Source: Girardia tigrina
Lineage: Eukaryota
NCBI GenBank assembly: GCA_001938485.1
Contig: MQRK01241454.1
Coordinates: 1 to 64,000 of the forward strand
Length of the DNA stretch: 64,000 nucleotides
Direction: 5' to 3'
Positions 57,894-64,000 of the stretch are shown here, in pieces. Within the stretch, counting starts at the first letter, position 1. Each line of letters begins with the position of its first letter. Under the pieces are notes generated by a model, which saw only the letters and a list, made by a program, of their open reading frames with translations, did no database searches and was not told where the DNA came from. The translations under genes and the position numbers were made by a program.

Positions 57894-59003
57894 TTTCAAT
57901 TATTTTTTTTCGATTTTACAAATTTATCATTAATTTTAACTCTAGTGAATTTTTTTTCACTAACTCGACTTGAACTAAAATTCAAATTGAAATACGCGCT
58001 AAGAGATTTTGTTTGATATTGAAATAGTTAAACAAATAAAATTCATTATTAAATTAAAATTGTCACAAAATTGATAAAATTTATTGAAAATTAATTGTAA
58101 AAGTGATTTAATGATTATTATAGATTTTTTTGTGAAAATAAAAGTGAGAAAAAATTTAGGAAAAAAATTAATTTTGATTTATATTATTAGAAAAAAAGAT
58201 ATTAAAAGAAAATTTTATTTTTAATAAAAAATTAATTTTTTATTTCAACTTGTGTTTATATTTTTTAGTGAAAAAATGATGTGATAAATCAATTTGAGTA
58301 ATGAATAATTTTGTAGTTTTTGTTTAAATAAATTACTTTCTTTTATGTAAAATATTATGAAATTGTGAAGTTTAATATCGTTGTTCGTTTTTTTAACAAT
58401 AAATGCTTGTGCATGTTTGTGTTAAAATGACTTGTTATAGTATAAGTAAATAATTAATAATAATCAAACATATTTTTAGTATTAAATTAAATAATTAATT
58501 TTATTATTTGTTTTTAACTTTGTCCGTTGATATTTCAGTAAATTGTTCGTAATTAAGTATTCTAAAATTACGTTACATAAATTAATCATTATAAGACGAC
58601 CAAAAGTTAAAATGTACATGCAAAGTTAATTAAGTAAAGTTAACAAATCTGCTACTTTTACGTGCGTACGCGCTTTCTCAAGAAAATTAATAAGTCAAAA
58701 TAAGGTCCAAAATTGACGTTGGGTCAAAAAATTTAAAAATGCTTATTGTTGATTAATTAGGGTAATAAAAATTAAATATGCGAGAATTTTTTTAAATAAA
58801 TTGAATTTCATTGAAATTTTTGTTTTCGTCTTCTATCAAACAAGAGTAAACATTGATTCTAATTGAAGACGACATTTATAAAAATAAGAAAAACACGCTT
58901 GATTTCAAAATTTTATTTTTTACAAAAAAAGTGAATATTTAAACAAACTTAAAAATTAATAATTTAATTATTAATTTTTTTATAAGTAGAATGTGTTTCT
59001 ACA

Positions 59004-59015
59004 TTACTCCCCCTC
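59004..59015 (-). other. Polypurine tract of the CsRn1-like element
   Basis: GAGGGGGAGTAA overlaps the pol stop codon and directly precedes TGTAGAAAC (LTR start). Confidence 0.8.
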
Positions 59016-61928
59016 ATATTTGAAGATCTTGTAGGCCGAAGCAGGATTTAAGTCTATCTACTGAAATGCGCTTGATATTTTCATCGACTTTCACTTCAAA
59101 TGTTTTCAAATCCGTACTTCGGTTGATAACCGTGAACGGTCCTTCATATGGATTTTGAAGACCTCTTTGAGTTTCATGTCTGATCCACACATATTCACAG
59201 CTGTATAGATCCCGTGGAATAAAAATTGTTTGATGTATTGGTCTTCGGTAACGAACTCTGTTGTAATATTTTATGTCTTGCTCAACAGTCGAGTGTGTTG
59301 GAGTTTCATGATTGTACGGTTCAATAATTAGGTCACCTGGAATGTTGGCGGCGCTTTCGAATACCATTTGCGAAGGTGTCACAGGCTCATCGCTTCTTAC
59401 AGAATTTCAAATGCCTAGCATGACTAAAGGTAGATCCTTTGCCCAAGTGCTTTCTGCATTGTTCGCATGTGCTCGGAGGGCATTTTTCATTGTGCGATGG
59501 AACCTTTCCACTTTCCCATTGCATTGTGGGTGATAGGCCGTAGTGCGTCGATGTTTGATGTCATATTTTTAACATAGCTTGTTGAATGTTTCGGAGCAGA
59601 ATTGGGTTCCCTGATCGGAAATAATGATTTCAGGACATCCATATCGAGAGATCCTTCGAATGTTTCGACTACCTTTGTTGCCGAGATTTCTTTAATTGGT
59701 ATGGCTTCTGTCCATGATGTCTGTCTGTTAATTAGAGTTAAAATGAATCTTTTATCTTCTACTTGCGGGAGAGGACCAACAATATCAATGTGAACCACTT
59801 TGAATCGTCCACGGTCTGGAAATGTCCCAAGTGGAGATTTTGTATGTTTGTTTATTTTGGCTTTTTGGCTTTCATGACAGCCTTGTACACATTGCCTGAT
59901 TTCAGACCTCATTTTTGGCCACACATATCGTTCTGCTAGAAGACTGGTTGTTGTTTTGACTCCTGGATGGGCTATATTGTGCAGTCTCGAGAATTCTTGG
60001 AATCTGTATTTGTTTGGCAAAATAATTATGTCCTTTTTTGTTGTATCGATTAACAATCCATTTTTGGTTTGTATGTTCAGAGATGTTATTCTGAGGTTTC
60101 GAAGAATTGGATCAGTGACTTGCTCTCAGGCTAATTCTTGAGTTGATATTCGATTCAAATTAGATATCTCATGATCTGGTCTTGATAGGTAGTGTGCAAT
60201 TGTGTTTGATTTTCCTGCCAAATGTTGCATGTCGAATGAGAAACTAGTAATGAATTCGATCCATCTCCATTGTCTGTTGGATGGTTCTTTCATGCTATGA
60301 ATGTGGAGTATGGGTTTGTTATTGGTTCGCAAAATGAATTTGGTTCCTTCTAAATGATGTTTAAAGTGTTTGATCGAGAGATATACTGCTAGGAGTTCTC
60401 TGTCAAATGCTGAGTATTTCTTTTCTGCTCCATTGAGTTTGCGAGAGAAGAAGGCTATTGGCTCCAGTTTTTCTGATGTTTTGTAGTGGTTAAGACTTGC
60501 ACCGATTGCGTTAGTTGAGGCGTCCGTGTATAGTACCAGGATTTTCGTCTGATTGGGTGCTGCCATCGAGTTAATGTTTGATAGACTCTGTTTACACTTT
60601 TCGAATGTTTACTGGTGTTCTCTCGTCCAATTAAACAGCTTCCTCTTGTTGTTGGCTGATGCGGATAAATCATGTAAAGGTGATATTATTTGCGATGAAT
60701 GTGGTATCATCTACTGATAGAAAGTTACTGCTCCAATGAAGCGTTTCAGTGCTTTGCCATTTGCTGGAGCTTTTAGATTCAATATCTTGTCAATCTTGTC
60801 TTGAATTGGTTGTATTCCCTCACACGAGATGTTAAAACCCAGAAAGTTCACATTATGTTGATGGAATTTGCATTTGTTTTCATTGATTTTCAGTCCATTC
60901 TGTTGTAATGCTGTTCTGACAGCAGCGAGGTTTTGTTTGTGACTGTTTTGATCAGGCGAGAATATTATTATGTCATCAATATATGACAATGCAAATGCTC
61001 AAAACGGTCTTAGAATTTCATCAATGTACCGTTGGAAGGTTTGGTAGGCGTTTTTCTGTCCGAATGGCATGAAGTTGTATTCGGAGAGTCATAATTGAGT
61101 TATAATCGCCGTTTTATGTTTATCCTCTTCATGGATCGGAATTTGGTGGTAGGCTTTCTCCAGATCAATAGTCGAGAATATTGACAGTCGAGTATATCTG
61201 AAATGCGTGGTAGTGGATAGCGGTCGGGCTTAGTTCTTTGATTTAATAGTCGGTAGTCACCACATGGCCTGTAAAAGCCATCACCTTTTTTTACCACTAC
61301 TATTGGTGAGGCCCCTTCGCTTTTGCTCTCTCTGATAATTTTTTTGCAGCATGTTCTCAAATTCTTGACGGATTGATTCAAGTATTTTCTCACCAATGCG
61401 TCGGGCTCGTTGAAAAATTAGCTTTCCTTCAGTTTCGATATAAAGTTTTGAACTTACATTGTGCAATTGATCACAAGCTATAGTTTCAATTGATCTGCTG
61501 GAGCCATGGATAACGTTTTCATCGATTCGAATTTGGTTGTTTTGACAATCAACAATGGCATGGGTATATGCTAGGAAATCTGATCCTAGGATTGATCGGT
61601 TGACATCTGCAACTACAAACTTCCACTGAAATTGTCGCTCGAGTCCAACTTATTGAAAAGTTATCGATTTGGTTCCGTAAACTTTAATTGGAAAGTTGCT
61701 TGGTGAAGTTAACTTTTCACTTGAGTTTGAATTGTCAGGTTGAAATTGTTTTGAGGGCAGAACACTGACATCGGCACCAGAGTCTATGAGAAAATTAATT
61801 AGGCACATCTGAGTTTTTGTAGGAATTGTGAAAATGCTGGAGATTGAGGCCGGTTTTTGAGTTGATTCGTTTCCCTGAGTCGGCTTTACAAGGAACCAGT
61901 CCCTTTTCCCGAAGTATTGTTGTTCCAT
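59014..61928 (-). pseudogene. pol: pol pseudogene (protease, reverse transcriptase, RNase H, integrase) of the CsRn1-like element
   Basis: ORF fragments 61650-61928, 61100-61466, 60711-60989, 60126-60566, 59487-60056 and 59014-59382 carry the domains in PR-RT-RH-INT order. Confidence 0.93.
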
Positions 61929-62590
61929 TTACAAGGTTGTTGGCATTTAATACCTTTGGAACCGAAGCGATTATGATAATAGCAATTATAGGGTTTGTTA
62001 CATCTCTAAAGCTTCTTTATTTGAGCGCGTCGATATCCTCTCTTAAAATAGATATTTCTGCAATCAATTGTGATTCTCGTAATTCTGACTGACTTGTAAC
62101 CGAGTTGATCGTTGAGTTGTGAGATAATTCCATCAGTAGGTTAGCCATTTCGGCTAGCTCATCAACATCTTTGTCATTTTGGGTTGTTAGATGGAGCTGA
62201 ATGTGAGAGGGTAAAGTATTTTTAAAGGGTTGTAAAAAAACAACCATCTAATAAAGAGATTACGTATTAAAAGTGAATCGTCATTTGTTGAACTTTATTG
62301 CAGTTCTGAAACGTTTCGTTTGATTTTTTGTAGAATTTCTGTCGGTTATAAGTCACCGATGTTCTTCTGATCCAAAAGTTCTTGTAGATGGTATGCCTTT
62401 GACTTTTGCTTGAGTTTAATTATTCTTCGTTTTAAATCTGAGTATGGGGTGCTTGATGAAATGGTTACTTGATCTTGGACTGAGAGCAGGATGCTTAGAG
62501 TAAGGTTGGCAAGAAGGTGGTAGTATTTAGCTTCTTCTTTGACGATATTCCCAATAGTGAAAATTGCTTCCACCTGTTGGAACCACTATG

Positions 62591-63096
62591 TGTTACGTTA
62601 AAATACTGTAATATTGTAAGGGTTTTTTTGGTGAACTTTATACTTTTGAAAATTTTGAAATTGATAAATAGTTAAGATAAGTTAAAATAATGTTTTACTA
62701 ATTAAAATGAATTTTTTAATAGAATGAACTATTAAAGAAGTTTTCTATATGTAAAAATTAATTTTAAGAATAATTTAATTTCTGTAAAAATGAATAAATA
62801 TAAACAATAGTTTAAGAAAATTAATTTATAACAGAAGTTACAAAATTATGATTAAATAAGAAAAACAGATTGGGATTTAATTTTCGTAAAAAAATTTTTA
62901 GTTATAATTTATTATACTTAAATTATCAAACTGAAATTAACTAAAATTATATATCAATATATATGTATATTTCGAATAGGATATCTGGTTGTGCTAAAAA
63001 TGAAACATTGTTCCTCAGAAATTTGTTTAACAAATTATTTTTTGTTAGAAATAAAATTTTGTGTTGATGAATCTATTCTTGATCAAGAACCCAACA
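62591..63096 (+). repeat. 5' LTR (~506 bp) of a second LTR retrotransposon
   Basis: Begins TGTT exactly where the first element's gag breaks off and ends AACA (inverted termini). It is immediately followed by a TGGCGACC PBS-like motif. The partner LTR lies outside the window. Confidence 0.7.
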
Positions 63097-64000
63097 TGGC
63101 GACCATCACCAGCAGCTCTAAATAACTAATTTCGAAGCTCTTACCAGTCAAGTTTAGACGACAAAATAATGTAGAAACATTCATTTCGGCTTGCGCAAGA
63201 TACTTCAAAGTGACCAAAATACCGGAAAATTACCGATTGGTAATTGGTTTTTTATTACACAAATTAGAACCAATATATGAAAGCGTGGGTCCCGAAGTGA
63301 AGAGATTTGAAGCCCCTCTACAACAAGCTTTTCAGACGAAAAGCACATTAATGGAGGAATTGATAGAGGCCGTCAACTTCAGAAGATCTGGAGAATGAGT
63401 GGAGGAATTCTTTGTTAAAGCAAAATAGTTGGCGAAAAAATTGATGATACATGAGTGGACAGAGACGGAGGTAGAGAAATACCTTCTGATTCACGGATCA
63501 CGAGTTAACGATGTGAAGAAGGAGATTATATTCAGAGAAGTGAAGGAAATAAAAAGAAGTGAAGAATGTCAATAAAAAGGTGGATTAAATACAGAGAATG
63601 AAAAACTGGTGCATACATTACAACCAACATATAGAGAAGCGGTTAAGAAAGGAACAACCGCAACAAATTTCTAAAAGACAGAATATAACTTCGAGAGACG
63701 AGTTTCAGGGCCGAGTAACACCACATGCTGGATTTGTAAAGAAAGGGGGCATAAAAGTAGTGAATGCAGACGAAAAAGGAAAATCACCTGCTATGCACGT
63801 GGAGAAGAAGGGCATGTGTGACGGGAATGCAGAAATGTAAGATGTGGACGGTGTAACAATCCAGGACATAGAGCTAATTAATGTTACACGAATTCGAAAA
63901 AGCGATATCCAGCAAAAAAAAGAGTATCGAGGGAGAGTTCATGGAGACAATAAAAAATTCGCGGATGCAGACAGGAGAAGCTCAGGAAACTGGAACTCAG
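63096..64000 (+). pseudogene. gag: Degenerate gag of the second LTR retrotransposon, with three CCHC zinc knuckles; runs off the window
   Basis: MATITSSSK*LISKLLPVKFRRQNNVETFISACARYF at the start. At ~63725-63885: CWICKERGHKSSEC, CYARGEEGHV*REC and CGRCNNPGHRAN*C. In-frame stops are present. Confidence 0.85.

Larger units (their letters stand above)
58985..62590 (-). mobile_element. Degenerate Ty3/Gypsy LTR retrotransposon, CsRn1/Kabuki-like clade (gag-PR-RT-RH-INT), 5' end interrupted
   Basis: Gag motif WFQQVEAIF and CHCC motif CYYHNRFGSKGIKCQQPC (61984-61931). Protease FLIDSGADVSVLP. RT PCGDYRLLN and YIDDIIIFS. RNase H LYTDAS, AFFSRKL and ELLAV. Integrase HPG..W..C, HIDIVGPLP and PYEGPF. 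PPT GAGGGGGAGTAA followed by TGT (3' LTR start at 59003). Many stops and frameshifts. The far end of the 3' LTR is not determined. Confidence 0.95.

Overview
This is very AT-rich (by eye about 20-25% GC) eukaryotic DNA from a gapped draft assembly, probably from an invertebrate animal. It is not prokaryotic, and most ORF-track entries are spurious. I found one credible host gene fragment: two spliced 5' coding exons on the minus strand (57893-57837 and 57739-57338) of a protein I cannot name, whose next exon I could not locate. The rest is non-coding DNA with small GC-richer, motif-dense islands and many decayed transposons. These include a CsRn1-clade Ty3/Gypsy element interrupted in gag by a second, oppositely oriented LTR element with three zinc knuckles, and a full-length dead DD34E Tc1/IS630-like element with long repeat-bearing TIRs. 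There are also mariner, Tigger/pogo, hAT, piggyBac and Penelope remnants, a DINE-1/HINE-like element, small foldback elements, and a pair of ~200-bp inverted repeats 3.8 kb apart. I found no rRNA, tRNA, CRISPR array or recognisable miRNA. I see no solid evidence for a wholly new biological system. The best leads are the orphan gene with a possibly huge intron, the nested LTR junction with a gag ATG straddling the LTR/PBS boundary, and the inverted repeat pair.
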